In this document: piece by piece, positions 33,589 through 41,987 of the stretch
Layout of the letters: each line of letters begins with the position of its first letter
How positions within the stretch are numbered: position 1 is the stretch's first letter
Notes under the pieces: generated by a model
What the model was told of the DNA's origin: nothing
Databases searched by the model: none
Seen by the model: the letters and a program-made list of their open reading frames with translations, nothing else
Position numbers and translations under genes: made by a program
IMG/VR virus record: IMGVR_UViG_3300049070_000048
Coordinates: 1-43,259 of that record
Source: a virus
Taxonomy: Duplodnaviria; Caudoviricetes
Strand: one strand, 5' to 3'
DNA: 43,259 nt

Positions 33589-35107
33589 GGACCCCGTAAT
33601 GCGGTCCGGGCGCGAGATTCCAGGCCACAGGCCGCTCAATGGCGGGCTCGCTCATCACATCGTATCGCACAAGGTCCATGAAGTCTTTGTATGCCTCTAG
33701 GGGCTTTGCGGTCTTGGGGTCGCGCCCCCACCGCTCAAAGGCCGCTATCAGGTTGACGCACTTGGGGGAGATGCGAATCCTCGGACGATTAAGCGAGTCA
33801 ATCGCTTTTGTCTTGTCGAAGCGGAGGTATTCCTTGACCTTGAAGATGCCCGTTTCGACTTCTTCCTCGGCTTGGTAGGAGTCGGTGAACTCGACTCCCT
33901 GCTCTGCGAACTCCTCTTTGAGTGTCTTTCCACCAAGAGTCCGGCGAACATTCCCAAAATGTCTATCCAGAATCCGAGTATGGACAGTTCGGCCAGCCTC
34001 ACGACTTCGGATAAGAGCCGCATAGTCAGTCACCGTGAGGTTTGAGTCTTTGGCCCCCTCGAAGTGAATCTCGGGCCACTCGTCGTAGTAGTTCAGCACC
34101 CCAGCCTCGTCCACATAACGCCACAGCAGGGCAAGGGGCTTGCCGATTGCCGGGTCACAAATCATCCCGATTTGAGCATCAGCGGGAGGCTCAAAGGGCT
34201 CTGGGGCGACATGGACCGCTCGGTCAAAACCCTTGTAGATACGGCCCGAGAGATGCATGAACCTTCCGTGGGCTCTGGCTTCTAACTCGTCCGGGTCGTA
34301 GCGGGAAATAATCTGCTGGATGTCGGAGTGTTCTAACTGCCCGTTCTTCCCATGCTGAATGCAGTTTTCCTCAATGTCCGCGTGGATGACTTTAACGCGC
34401 CCCACCTTCACGCCATCAATCTCTTGTGCGGGCTTCTCAATCAGGTCGTCCATCACCCAGGCCGCGTTCATTAGCGGGGTCATGTCGAACAGGTTGATTC
34501 CACCCATGCGCTGGCGGGCGACAGAGGCATTGAAGATGGGCTTCGGCGGCGGTTCGATGAAGGCGTTGATGGCAATCGTTTTGCCCTCAAACTCCTTCAC
34601 CGCCTGCTCGTATGTCATCACCTCGCCACTGAAACCCGAATCCGTGTGCCAGTAGCGGTTGTATTGCTTGCCCCCCTTAATCCACTGGTAGCGGCCCTTG
34701 GGCCACCACTTGGCCGACTCCATCTGGACGGGGCCAAGGTCAGTGACAAGCTCGGATTCCGTGACAATTCGAATTCTCTTGGGCCACCGCTGCGGGTACT
34801 CACGATAGAGCTTGTAATCGAAAGCCGACGTGGGGGCTCCCCACTGGATAGCCCCGAGGATGGCGAACAGGATTGATGTCTTGCCGACGCCGTTAGCGAA
34901 GGCGTCAATCACGATGAAGTCCTCCAGGTTCCCCACCGCCGCTATCGCCTTCTCCTGGGCCCCGTTTGGCACCAAGAATTTGAGAGGCGAGTTCAGGCGG
35001 GACAACTCCACTTCCTGGACCAACTTCAAGGCTTGTGATTGCTTCTCCGGAGATAAGCTGTCCCAGGAGTTCCTTAGCGTTATGAGGGTTTGTTTCCAGT
35101 CCCTCAA
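33581..35107 (-). CDS. terL: Terminase large subunit (P22 gp2-like); start uncertain (TTG 35107 or ATG 35152)
   Basis: Walker A ANGVGKT, MTPL coupling motif, ARAHG, nuclease CDP...DFMDLVRY. Confidence 0.92.
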   Translation of the reverse strand: MRDWKQTLITLRNSWDSLSPEKQSQALKLVQEVELSRLNSPLKFLVPNGAQEKAIAAVGNLEDFIVIDAFANGVGKTSILFAILGAIQWGAPTSAFDYKLYREYPQRWPKRIRIVTESELVTDLGPVQMESAKWWPKGRYQWIKGGKQYNRYWHTDSGFSGEVMTYEQAVKEFEGKTIAINAFIEPPPKPIFNASVARQRMGGINLFDMTPLMNAAWVMDDLIEKPAQEIDGVKVGRVKVIHADIEENCIQHGKNGQLEHSDIQQIISRYDPDELEARAHGRFMHLSGRIYKGFDRAVHVAPEPFEPPADAQIGMICDPAIGKPLALLWRYVDEAGVLNYYDEWPEIHFEGAKDSNLTVTDYAALIRSREAGRTVHTRILDRHFGNVRRTLGGKTLKEEFAEQGVEFTDSYQAEEEVETGIFKVKEYLRFDKTKAIDSLNRPRIRISPKCVNLIAAFERWGRDPKTAKPLEAYKDFMDLVRYDVMSEPAIERPVAWNLAPGPHYGVHG

Positions 35108-35324
35108 ATTGATGGGTGGACTCAACGGACTCAACGGGCTTACCAATCCCATAGGCCATGATGGTCTTGATTGCCTCTAACTGGCCCTTGTGCTTGGGGT
35201 CCTCGGCAATCGGACCAAGGACGGACTCGGCCTTCTCTAAGGTCCATTTCTTGGCCCATTCCAAAAGCGGCTTTTGCTTTGGACGCCCGGCAGGGTTGCC
35301 GCTTTTACCCTTCTCAAACGCCAT
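34905..35324 (-). CDS. terS: Terminase small subunit (DUF5681-like)
   Basis: FEKGKSGNPAGRPK N-terminus, AYGIGKP. Confidence 0.75.
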   Translation of the reverse strand: MAFEKGKSGNPAGRPKQKPLLEWAKKWTLEKAESVLGPIAEDPKHKGQLEAIKTIMAYGIGKPVESVESTHQFEGLETNPHNAKELLGQLISGEAITSLEVGPGSGVVPPELASQILGAKRGPGEGDSGGGEPGGLHRD

Positions 35325-35919
35325 CCCCAGCCCCCGTTGATTCCGGCTTGAAAATCAACGAATCTGGCGCACTATTGGAAAGACTGGAAAGAATGTCGCG
35401 CAGAGCATCTTTAACCATCAGCTTGCCGCGAACCTGCTCCGGATAGGTCTCAACAACCCACGAAACCAGGTCCTCAACCCTCTGCCCGGCGCACGGGGGC
35501 TTCGCCCAAAGCTCTAGATTCTCAATCCGGTTGTCGTCACGTACCCCGTTCTTGTGGTGGACATTTTCAAAAGGCTTTAGATACCGCCCTATGTGTTTCT
35601 CCATCACAAGCCGATGTTCCATCACTGTGTTTCGCTTGTTTCGGAATGGATGGCTGCGGGCCACTACCTGAACATGGCCGCTCCATACCTTGGTCCTTCC
35701 GCCCTTCCATGTGTTGGAACCGGGCCCCTGCTGCCTGATATATCGGCAAGAGTGGGAGCAGAGCGATTGGTCGTCGCGCTGAGTCCAGAACACTTCCCCG
35801 CATTGGGCGCAAAGGCCGCTGAACAATCTCCCGACTGTCCCCACGGACGCCATGCGCTTGCGTATGGACTCTATGCCCTGTTCCTCAGTCATCAGAGAGA
35901 GCCGCCACGCCGTCGCCAC
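35314..35919 (-). CDS. HNH (HNH_3-type) endonuclease
   Basis: WKGG, EHRLVMEKHIGR, VHHKNGVRDDNRIENLEL. Confidence 0.88.
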   Translation of the reverse strand: MATAWRLSLMTEEQGIESIRKRMASVGTVGRLFSGLCAQCGEVFWTQRDDQSLCSHSCRYIRQQGPGSNTWKGGRTKVWSGHVQVVARSHPFRNKRNTVMEHRLVMEKHIGRYLKPFENVHHKNGVRDDNRIENLELWAKPPCAGQRVEDLVSWVVETYPEQVRGKLMVKDALRDILSSLSNSAPDSLIFKPESTGAGDGV

Positions 35920-35958
35920 GATGCGAGGTGTTCAGTGGGTGGGAGGGGGCGGCAGAGG

Positions 35959-36030
35959 TAGCGCGGGTTGGAGTCGAACCAACCATGCCAAGCTTATGAG
36001 GCTCGTTAGCCCCCGGGGCTTGTCCGCGCA
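35959..36030 (-). tRNA. Atypical tRNA with CAT anticodon (Met/fMet-like)
   Basis: CGAGC-CTCATAA-GCTTG anticodon arm; GTTGG-TTCGACT-CCAAC T arm; GCGCGG/CCGCGC acceptor with U1:U72 mismatch; degenerate D arm. Confidence 0.8.
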
Positions 36031-36037
36031 AAGAAGG

Positions 36038-36143
36038 GCCCTCACCGGTTTCCCGGGAGGGCTGGGTTTGGGGGTCCGACAAAATGCGAAGGGGTCCGGT
36101 CATTTTTCACCCGGACCCCGCGAAACCCGCTAGCAGTGTAACA
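36038..36143 (-). promoter_or_regulatory. Putative late promoter (extended -10) and structured leader
   Basis: TGtTACACT at 36135-36143 with no good -35; hairpins at 36091-36119 and 36038-36062 (GAAA loop). Confidence 0.55.
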
Positions 36144-36186
36144 GAGAGGCGTTTTTTAGACGACCATTATCCCGTCCTAATTTGTC

Positions 36187-36702
36187 TTAACGCCGTACTC
36201 CTTGCACCACCGATAGACGCTTGACCTGGCTCCGGGCGTAAGGCTGTGAGCCGCTAGAGTAGCCAGCATGGCCTTTTTCTTTTCCCCGAGTCGGTCCAGA
36301 TTTCGGCGATAGTCCATTGCGATTTGCTTGCGCTTGGCTTCGGTCATCTCCCTCCGCTGTTCTATCCGGCGATTTGGTAGGCATGGCGGCGACTTCGGCT
36401 ATCAACTCTCTCAGGTGGAGAGCTTCGTTCTCGTCTAGATACTCTTTTCTCTGTAGCCTTCGGATGCGTCTTAGGGCGCAATATTTCTTCTTGTTGGCGT
36501 GGTAACGGGCGCGGCACTTGTCCAGTTCTTCTTCGCGTCGTCTCCAGTACAGTTCCTTCCTGCGCTCTGGACGGCCCTCGACTATTCCCATGGCTCTGCG
36601 CTTGCGGGCAATGAGACGGCGGCACAGACGGCAACGGCCCTTGTACGTATTGTCCGCGTTTTTGGGGTGCCCGTTGCGGCAGAGAGGTTGTAGTCCCCTC
36701 AA
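36187..36702 (-). CDS. Basic zinc-binding protein (CxxGH...CxxC)
   Basis: CRNGH..NTY..RCRLC; last gene before the late promoter. Confidence 0.55.
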   Translation of the reverse strand: MRGLQPLCRNGHPKNADNTYKGRCRLCRRLIARKRRAMGIVEGRPERRKELYWRRREEELDKCRARYHANKKKYCALRRIRRLQRKEYLDENEALHLRELIAEVAAMPTKSPDRTAEGDDRSQAQANRNGLSPKSGPTRGKEKGHAGYSSGSQPYARSQVKRLSVVQGVRR

Positions 36703-37013
36703 TCCGTCTTGGCCTCAAAGCGCGAGAGGTAGCGGAACAGGCGTCGGAAATATCCCGGAATCCCGGCTTCACGCCTTGCCACAAATTCTCGGTGCTTGCG
36801 AAGGTCGTTTGAGAATCCATTTACGACCGACTTCAATTCTCGCGTTGTGGAATCCAGGCGGTCAAGAAACTGCCTGTTGCTATCTGCTGCGGCCTGCTGC
36901 CGAAGTCTTGCCATTTCGTTTCGCAGGGTTTCTGCGATTTGCTTATGCTCGTATTCTTCCGTCAACATCTTTTCCAACCTAGCGCATTTTTCTTTCAAGC
37001 TCTCTTTTTTCAA
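36699..37013 (-). CDS. hypothetical coiled-coil protein
   Basis: ORF coupled to neighbours. Confidence 0.6.
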   Translation of the reverse strand: MKKESLKEKCARLEKMLTEEYEHKQIAETLRNEMARLRQQAAADSNRQFLDRLDSTTRELKSVVNGFSNDLRKHREFVARREAGIPGYFRRLFRYLSRFEAKTD

Positions 37014-37408
37014 AACTTCCTCCCGTAATCATCCTCTAAGCGCACGATGTCTCCGAGTTTATTTGTGCTTACTTCCGCTAGAACACAACCCCACATCAAA
37101 GGGCCAGAGCTAGAAGCGGCAAACCTATGTAGCACTCCAGCGGGGATGTGGAGATACTCTCCGGGCACCAACTCTTTGTTTTTTCTGCCTATTTCGGCCA
37201 AGAGGGTGCCTTCTAAAACTAGCACCGTTTCTATCTTTTGGCGGTGATACTGGAGGGAGAGGCGATGTCCGCCCTTGATGAAAAGCAATTTAGCGGCGTA
37301 ATGCGGGGTCTTGGCCCACAAGTATTCCTGACCCCACGGCTTCTTCTTCACCCGATTTTTGTCTAGGTATAAATCGAACCGGTGACTTTGGTAGCAGCGA
37401 AGTTTCAA
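37010..37408 (-). CDS. Cupin (mannose-6-P isomerase type II C-terminal-like)
   Basis: KPWGQE, RLSLQYH..KIE, IPAGVLHRF, EVST, DIVRLEDDYGR. Confidence 0.85.
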   Translation of the reverse strand: MKLRCYQSHRFDLYLDKNRVKKKPWGQEYLWAKTPHYAAKLLFIKGGHRLSLQYHRQKIETVLVLEGTLLAEIGRKNKELVPGEYLHIPAGVLHRFAASSSGPLMWGCVLAEVSTNKLGDIVRLEDDYGRKF

Positions 37409-37692
37409 GGCATACGCGGAGTCTCCGGGGCTTCCATTTCAATCAACGCCTTCGCCGCATCTTCTGGAACAAGCGCCCAGCCCTTCGGGACCTTGCTTCC
37501 TAACGCGGCGATATACTGCTCTTTCCAGTCCCGCAGTTCTTCCTCAACGGCGGCAAGCTCGGAGGCGAGGACGCAAGCGTGATACTCGCCCATAAAAATA
37601 CACTGCCTTGGGGATTCTGCGGTAGCGTCCTTTAGGTGGTCATATACCCACTTCTTCGCGCTCTCGACTTCGGACTTTGAGGGGCGGGTCAA
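37405..37692 (-). CDS. hypothetical protein
   Basis: TTG start with GAGG RBS, coupled. Confidence 0.55.
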   Translation of the reverse strand: MTRPSKSEVESAKKWVYDHLKDATAESPRQCIFMGEYHACVLASELAAVEEELRDWKEQYIAALGSKVPKGWALVPEDAAKALIEMEAPETPRMP

Positions 37693-37928
37693 AATATACC
37701 TCTGAGCATCCCGCCAAAACCGCCGAGAGCAGCCTGTCTTTGAAACCAATAGTGATACGACGCCATATCATTCCTTTGAGCCGCAGCCATCATGGAATCA
37801 TGGATTGACGCATCATAAATCCGAGATGTGAAGGCGTAGGCATTGCTGTTTGGGTTCTTTGTCCCGCAATATTCGCACTTGGGCGCATCTCCTAACGGCG
37901 CACCACAGGGGCGGCATCGGTAGTTCAT
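37689..37928 (-). CDS. zinc-ribbon protein
   Basis: CRPCGAPL...KCEYCGT. Confidence 0.65.
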   Translation of the reverse strand: MNYRCRPCGAPLGDAPKCEYCGTKNPNSNAYAFTSRIYDASIHDSMMAAAQRNDMASYHYWFQRQAALGGFGGMLRGIF

Positions 37929-37971
37929 TTTAGTTCCACCCCCATCATCATCACGGCCAGGAGGAGGCGGG

Positions 37972-38310
37972 TCATCGGGACACCAACAGCGCCCACAGGA
38001 CCTTGCACCCGATGTGCATCGCCTGGTCGGCGTGGATGCCATACCAGTTCTCGCACTTCCCGAAATCAATCGCCCAATGCGAAACGGTTTCAGCCAGCGC
38101 GACAGACAATGAGCCGCAGGCAATATAGACGCCTAGGCCGTGCATCATGGCGTGAGAGGTTAGGGCATAGGGCCATACGGTCTGAAACTCTTGGCCCGGA
38201 GGCGGCGTCCATCGGTTATGGCGGTTCTTCATCTTCGCCAGCGCGTCGGACTGAGCCCAGTAGTCCATTACGGCATGGCTCACTAACAACTTCCAAATTA
38301 ACAGCATCAC
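37972..38310 (-). CDS. DUF3307-like membrane protein
   Basis: SHAVMDYWAQ, HAMMH, HWAIDFGK, DQAMH. Confidence 0.75.
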   Translation of the reverse strand: MMLLIWKLLVSHAVMDYWAQSDALAKMKNRHNRWTPPPGQEFQTVWPYALTSHAMMHGLGVYIACGSLSVALAETVSHWAIDFGKCENWYGIHADQAMHIGCKVLWALLVSR

Positions 38311-38477
38311 CCCTTCCTCCTCTCGCCTTCGTTCAACAACTCAACCGGGACGCGGGACAGGGCGGCGCGAACAAATCCATGCCCTCCGCATCCGTCGTTC
38401 GCTCGGCATCGGCACGAACACGGCCAGCCGTTGCAATCGTCGTGGTCGCCGTCGTCACACGCTAAGCACTTAGCCAC
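38307..38477 (-). CDS. small Cys-rich protein
   Basis: Read by hand: KCLACDDGDHDDC...CSCRC. Confidence 0.5.
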   Translation of the reverse strand: MAKCLACDDGDHDDCNGWPCSCRCRANDGCGGHGFVRAALSRVPVELLNEGERRKG

Positions 38478-38694
38478 GGCTCCTCCTGCTGGCCTTCATG
38501 GCGGCGTCCATCGCGGCTCTCATGCTCGGCAGACCATCGTCGTCCTCCGTCATCCAGACGTGGCCCCAGCCAATAAACATCGGGCTGAACCTGTACCAGA
38601 TAGGGGCCGGGCCACGGCTCGCCCTAGTCTCGCGTTCCAGCCAGTCCAGCCTCTCCGTGTCCGTCAACTTCTTGCGCGGTGGGCGAGGGGTCAT
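38470..38694 (-). CDS. hypothetical protein (DTERLDWLE...RAAMDAAM)
   Basis: Common small phage early-gene motif. Confidence 0.65.
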   Translation of the reverse strand: MTPRPPRKKLTDTERLDWLERETRASRGPAPIWYRFSPMFIGWGHVWMTEDDDGLPSMRAAMDAAMKASRRSRG

Positions 38695-38957
38695 GGGGTT
38701 CTCCGGGTGACGGGTGCGCGGAACCATGCCTCGAACTTGCGCCACGCTACGGCGTTGCGCCTAGGCGGGACCTTCGCCCCACTCCCGACATCCTCTAGCG
38801 GCTTCTGGCAGGTCGGGCAGTTCGCCGTCCTATGCTTCATGCGCTCCCGCTGCGCCTTCGTTTCCATGCGCGGGCTCCAGCCTTTTGCCACGAAGCGGTG
38901 CTTGAAGCAGACGAGCTTCGGGCTCCGCATGTGACGGCAGCACCACGAGTCACACAT
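38691..38957 (-). CDS. hypothetical Cys-rich protein
   Basis: ORF with GGAGG RBS. Confidence 0.55.
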   Translation of the reverse strand: MCDSWCCRHMRSPKLVCFKHRFVAKGWSPRMETKAQRERMKHRTANCPTCQKPLEDVGSGAKVPPRRNAVAWRKFEAWFRAPVTRRTP

Positions 38958-39078
38958 CGGCGTCCTCCTTGCCGGGCGCGGCGCACTTGGGCGGCTTCAC
39001 GGGCAGCGACAGAACGCCGATGAAAGTAAGCTGACAGCAGAGCCAGCCCATGACAAACCAATAGAAATTCTCTCTCAC
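38950..39078 (-). CDS. small membrane peptide
   Basis: FYWFVMGWLCCQLTFIGVL; AGGAGG RBS. Confidence 0.5.
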   Translation of the reverse strand: MRENFYWFVMGWLCCQLTFIGVLSLPVKPPKCAAPGKEDADV

Positions 39079-39812
39079 GGTTCCTCCTGGCACGGCTGGG
39101 CGGGGGTGGCCTCGGGCCGCTCGTCCTCTGGCATTATCTGGACGGAGCAACATCGGCCCTTGTGGTCGGACGGGCGGGCACAGGGCAAGAGAACGCCTCC
39201 GAATCCGGCGTCGAACTTCTTGCCGCACTCCTTCGTCGCGGACTCAGACCTCCCGCAATCAATCGAATGAAACGCGCCGTGGCACTTCATCCCCTCACAC
39301 CGCTTCCCAGGACACGGCTTCGTCGCGGCCTCGGGGCGCAGGGAGGTGAGGCGGGCGAGGAAAGCTTCGGCTCGCTTCCAGTGCGCATCATCCGGGACTT
39401 CCGTGTTGACGAACACGGCGATGATGTCCCCGGCCTCTTGGGCTATCTCGTAGTAGGCTCCCGCCATACCTCTCGCCGCCTCGACCTCGGACGAGGGCGC
39501 GGGGGTGGAGAGGCGACGGACGGCGGCGGCAATGACCTTCCCAGCTTCCGTCTTGCGGATAAGCACTGGGAGCCAATCGGACCCAGACTCGTTGACATAG
39601 GCCGTGGTGCGGAACTCCTTCAATGCCTGATGCTCCTCCTCCGTCAGCTTCCCCGCCTCTACAGGGGTGGGGGCGCGGCGGTAGGCGTTGCGGAAGACGG
39701 CTGCGGTCTCCATCAACTGCTGATGCGTGAACGCCGTCGGGTCCTTGAACGCCTTTTGTAGGCGCTCCTCGGCCCAGTCCAGCATGACCTTAGTCGGCTT
39801 GGTGTCGCTCAC
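39075..39812 (-). CDS. hypothetical protein
   Basis: Start moved to VSDTK (GGAGG RBS). Confidence 0.6.
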   Translation of the reverse strand: MSDTKPTKVMLDWAEERLQKAFKDPTAFTHQQLMETAAVFRNAYRRAPTPVEAGKLTEEEHQALKEFRTTAYVNESGSDWLPVLIRKTEAGKVIAAAVRRLSTPAPSSEVEAARGMAGAYYEIAQEAGDIIAVFVNTEVPDDAHWKRAEAFLARLTSLRPEAATKPCPGKRCEGMKCHGAFHSIDCGRSESATKECGKKFDAGFGGVLLPCARPSDHKGRCCSVQIMPEDERPEATPAQPCQEEP

Positions 39813-40021
39813 GGCTTGGCCTCCTTGCGGGTGGACTTCATGGCGGCGTCGAAAGCCTTCTTGAATCGAGCGGCGATTTGCGCCATCTCTCGGGCAACAG
39901 AAGGCTCGTCTGAAAAGCTGGCAACGTTCTCCGCGTCCACCATGACGCGCTCCGCTTGCCGCCAAGTCAGGCGCACTACTATCTCGTTGCCGCTCGGCGT
40001 CCTGCGCGGCTTCTTGGTCAT
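39809..40021 (-). CDS. hypothetical protein
   Basis: Coupled ORF. Confidence 0.6.
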   Translation of the reverse strand: MTKKPRRTPSGNEIVVRLTWRQAERVMVDAENVASFSDEPSVAREMAQIAARFKKAFDAAMKSTRKEAKP

Positions 40022-40551
40022 GGGGAAATCCTCCCGGCGACGGACTCCGGCTGTTTCGCAAACTGCTTCGCCACATTCAGCTTCGCTTCGGCATAGGCTA
40101 TTTGCTTCTTAGCGTCCGCGATCTGCCGCCGATGGTAGCCGCACTCCCACCACCAAGTGCGCTTCGCGTCCTGCTTCTTCCGGACGAAACGCTCATGGTC
40201 CTCGTCCTCTTCTTCCTTCCGAATCTTCTCGCAAGCCGCGACAGCCTCGGCCTCCGTGTCGTAAACGACATAGCAGGACCAGTCGTGGAAGCGATACTCG
40301 GTTTTTTCGCGGTCAACCTGAATCCCGATGATTTCCTGCTCCCTCGCGGCGGGCTGATACTGCGTCTTAGTGATGTAGCCGCGAGAGCCTTCGTATCCAC
40401 CCGGATAGCAGGTTCCGCATTGGAGACTGTGCTTCTCCCCGTTCTCAAGCAGGGCCGTCATGGCCTTGGTCCCGAGACAGTCGGGGCAAGTCACATTGAA
40501 CTCCATGTGCTTAAGCCTCGCGGTCCAGACCTTATCTCCGATGCTTCTCAT
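40018..40551 (-). CDS. DnaJ-type zinc-finger-containing protein
   Basis: CPDCLG...CGTC..G; start MRSIG. Confidence 0.6.
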   Translation of the reverse strand: MRSIGDKVWTARLKHMEFNVTCPDCLGTKAMTALLENGEKHSLQCGTCYPGGYEGSRGYITKTQYQPAAREQEIIGIQVDREKTEYRFHDWSCYVVYDTEAEAVAACEKIRKEEEDEDHERFVRKKQDAKRTWWWECGYHRRQIADAKKQIAYAEAKLNVAKQFAKQPESVAGRISP

Positions 40552-40934
40552 TTCGCGTTCTCCTTTGCCTGCGTGCCCGGGGTATCCTGGGCGGCGGCTT
40601 TGCGAATGTCGTCGGCATGGCACTTCCAGAACGGATGCGGGCCACCAAGGATATGCCGCCAGTAGGGCTCCCCGCCAAACTCGCTCTTGTGAAGCTCTAC
40701 AGGAGAGCCGTTGGCGCAGTCCAGGCAAGAAACCGCCTGAGACTTCTCGAAAGCCTCCGCCTTGGCCATGGCCGCGATGCGGGCGTCCCTCGTCTTGTCG
40801 CGCTCGGCAACGAAGGACTCGACCATGTCCAGCAATTCCTCGTAAGCCTTCTCCCCAAGTAGCGCGGTGGCTTCCATGAAGTGTTCGCGGGCGGCCTCTC
40901 GTACTCCCTTCTCGCAGTCCTGCGGTTCGGTCAT
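40548..40934 (-). CDS. hypothetical protein
   Basis: Coupled ORF with GGAGG RBS. Confidence 0.6.
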   Translation of the reverse strand: MTEPQDCEKGVREAAREHFMEATALLGEKAYEELLDMVESFVAERDKTRDARIAAMAKAEAFEKSQAVSCLDCANGSPVELHKSEFGGEPYWRHILGGPHPFWKCHADDIRKAAAQDTPGTQAKENAK

Positions 40935-41092
40935 GGGGCCTCCGGGTCAAGGCTCTCAATGCGGGATTGGAAGTCCGCGATGACCCGCTCTAGGACCTCG
41001 ATACAGTCGGCCTCGCTCATAGACTCCTGAGCGTTCTCGTATGCTTCGATGACGCTTTGAGCGGCCATGTCGATGACATCGTTTCTATTCAC
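40931..41092 (-). CDS. small acidic protein
   Basis: VNRNDVIDM start with GGAGGAG RBS. Confidence 0.55.
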   Translation of the reverse strand: MNRNDVIDMAAQSVIEAYENAQESMSEADCIEVLERVIADFQSRIESLDPEAP

Positions 41093-41249
41093 GCGCTCCT
41101 CCTCTTTCGGCGGCTCAGGGTGTAGCCCATCATCACGGCGTGTTGCTGGCAAAGTCCAGCGTAGAAGGCGTGAGGCAGCGCGTAGCGAGAGCATCTTCGC
41201 CGCCATGTCACCATCTTCGCGCAACGCGGACGGCATCGGCAGTAACGCA

Positions 41250-41987
41250 TCATCCCTCGGCCCTCCCGCTATCGGGCGCGCATACATCCGGTCCCCGCTC
41301 ACACCAGGAGCCGTCATCGTGGCCGCATTCTCCGCTGGCGCATTTTCCGAGTAGCGGTCCCGAGTATGGAATAGGCTTCCCGCTCTCGGGCGCGGGCGGG
41401 GAGGACAGGGCCTTCTCGGCCACTTCCCACGGCTCGTCGGCCTCGTCGCCGGGCCAGTCGAAATGAGCGACGAGGCCGCTCATGCTATCGCAGACAGCCT
41501 GGGTCCAATTCTGCCAGCCCTCGTCGTCGGTCCTGCGGGCGTAGAACGCCAGCGCCTTCCTCAGCGCCGCGTTGGCAGACTCGGCGGCATGAAGCTCAAA
41601 GGTCCTTTTCATTAAAGCGCCCAAGCAATCCTTCCCCTGCTTCTCAGCTTCGACTCGCCACTGCTTCGCCTCCGCAAGCTCCCTCGACAGGCTCTCGGCG
41701 CGGGCCTTCATGTCCTGGTATTGGTCGGAGGCGTTCGTGATGGCGGTGTCCCGCTCCTTCTCGGCCTCGCGCAGGCGGGACTCGGCCTCTTGGCGAAGCT
41801 GACGCTCAATGCCCAGGTCCTCCATCGCAGAGGCCAAGCCGTCGTCTATCACTTTTATTTTCGCCTCAAGCCCGGCTATCATGGCACGGGCCTTCGCTTT
41901 CCATGCCTTCATGGACTTGCGGTTATCCTGGCGGTCGGCCCTAACCGCCTCCATCTCGTCTTGATTCAGGAATCCGTGGTCGCTCAT
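41250..41987 (-). CDS. coiled-coil hypothetical protein
   Basis: ORF track, coupled. Confidence 0.65.
   Translation of the reverse strand: MSDHGFLNQDEMEAVRADRQDNRKSMKAWKAKARAMIAGLEAKIKVIDDGLASAMEDLGIERQLRQEAESRLREAEKERDTAITNASDQYQDMKARAESLSRELAEAKQWRVEAEKQGKDCLGALMKRTFELHAAESANAALRKALAFYARRTDDEGWQNWTQAVCDSMSGLVAHFDWPGDEADEPWEVAEKALSSPPAPESGKPIPYSGPLLGKCASGECGHDDGSWCERGPDVCAPDSGRAEG

Noticed and set aside
40018-40959. Long N-terminal extensions of track ORFs (also 39075..40076, 6714..7385, 25306..26853)
   Set aside because: The extensions overlap better-supported upstream genes; internal starts with an RBS or stop-start coupling were used instead
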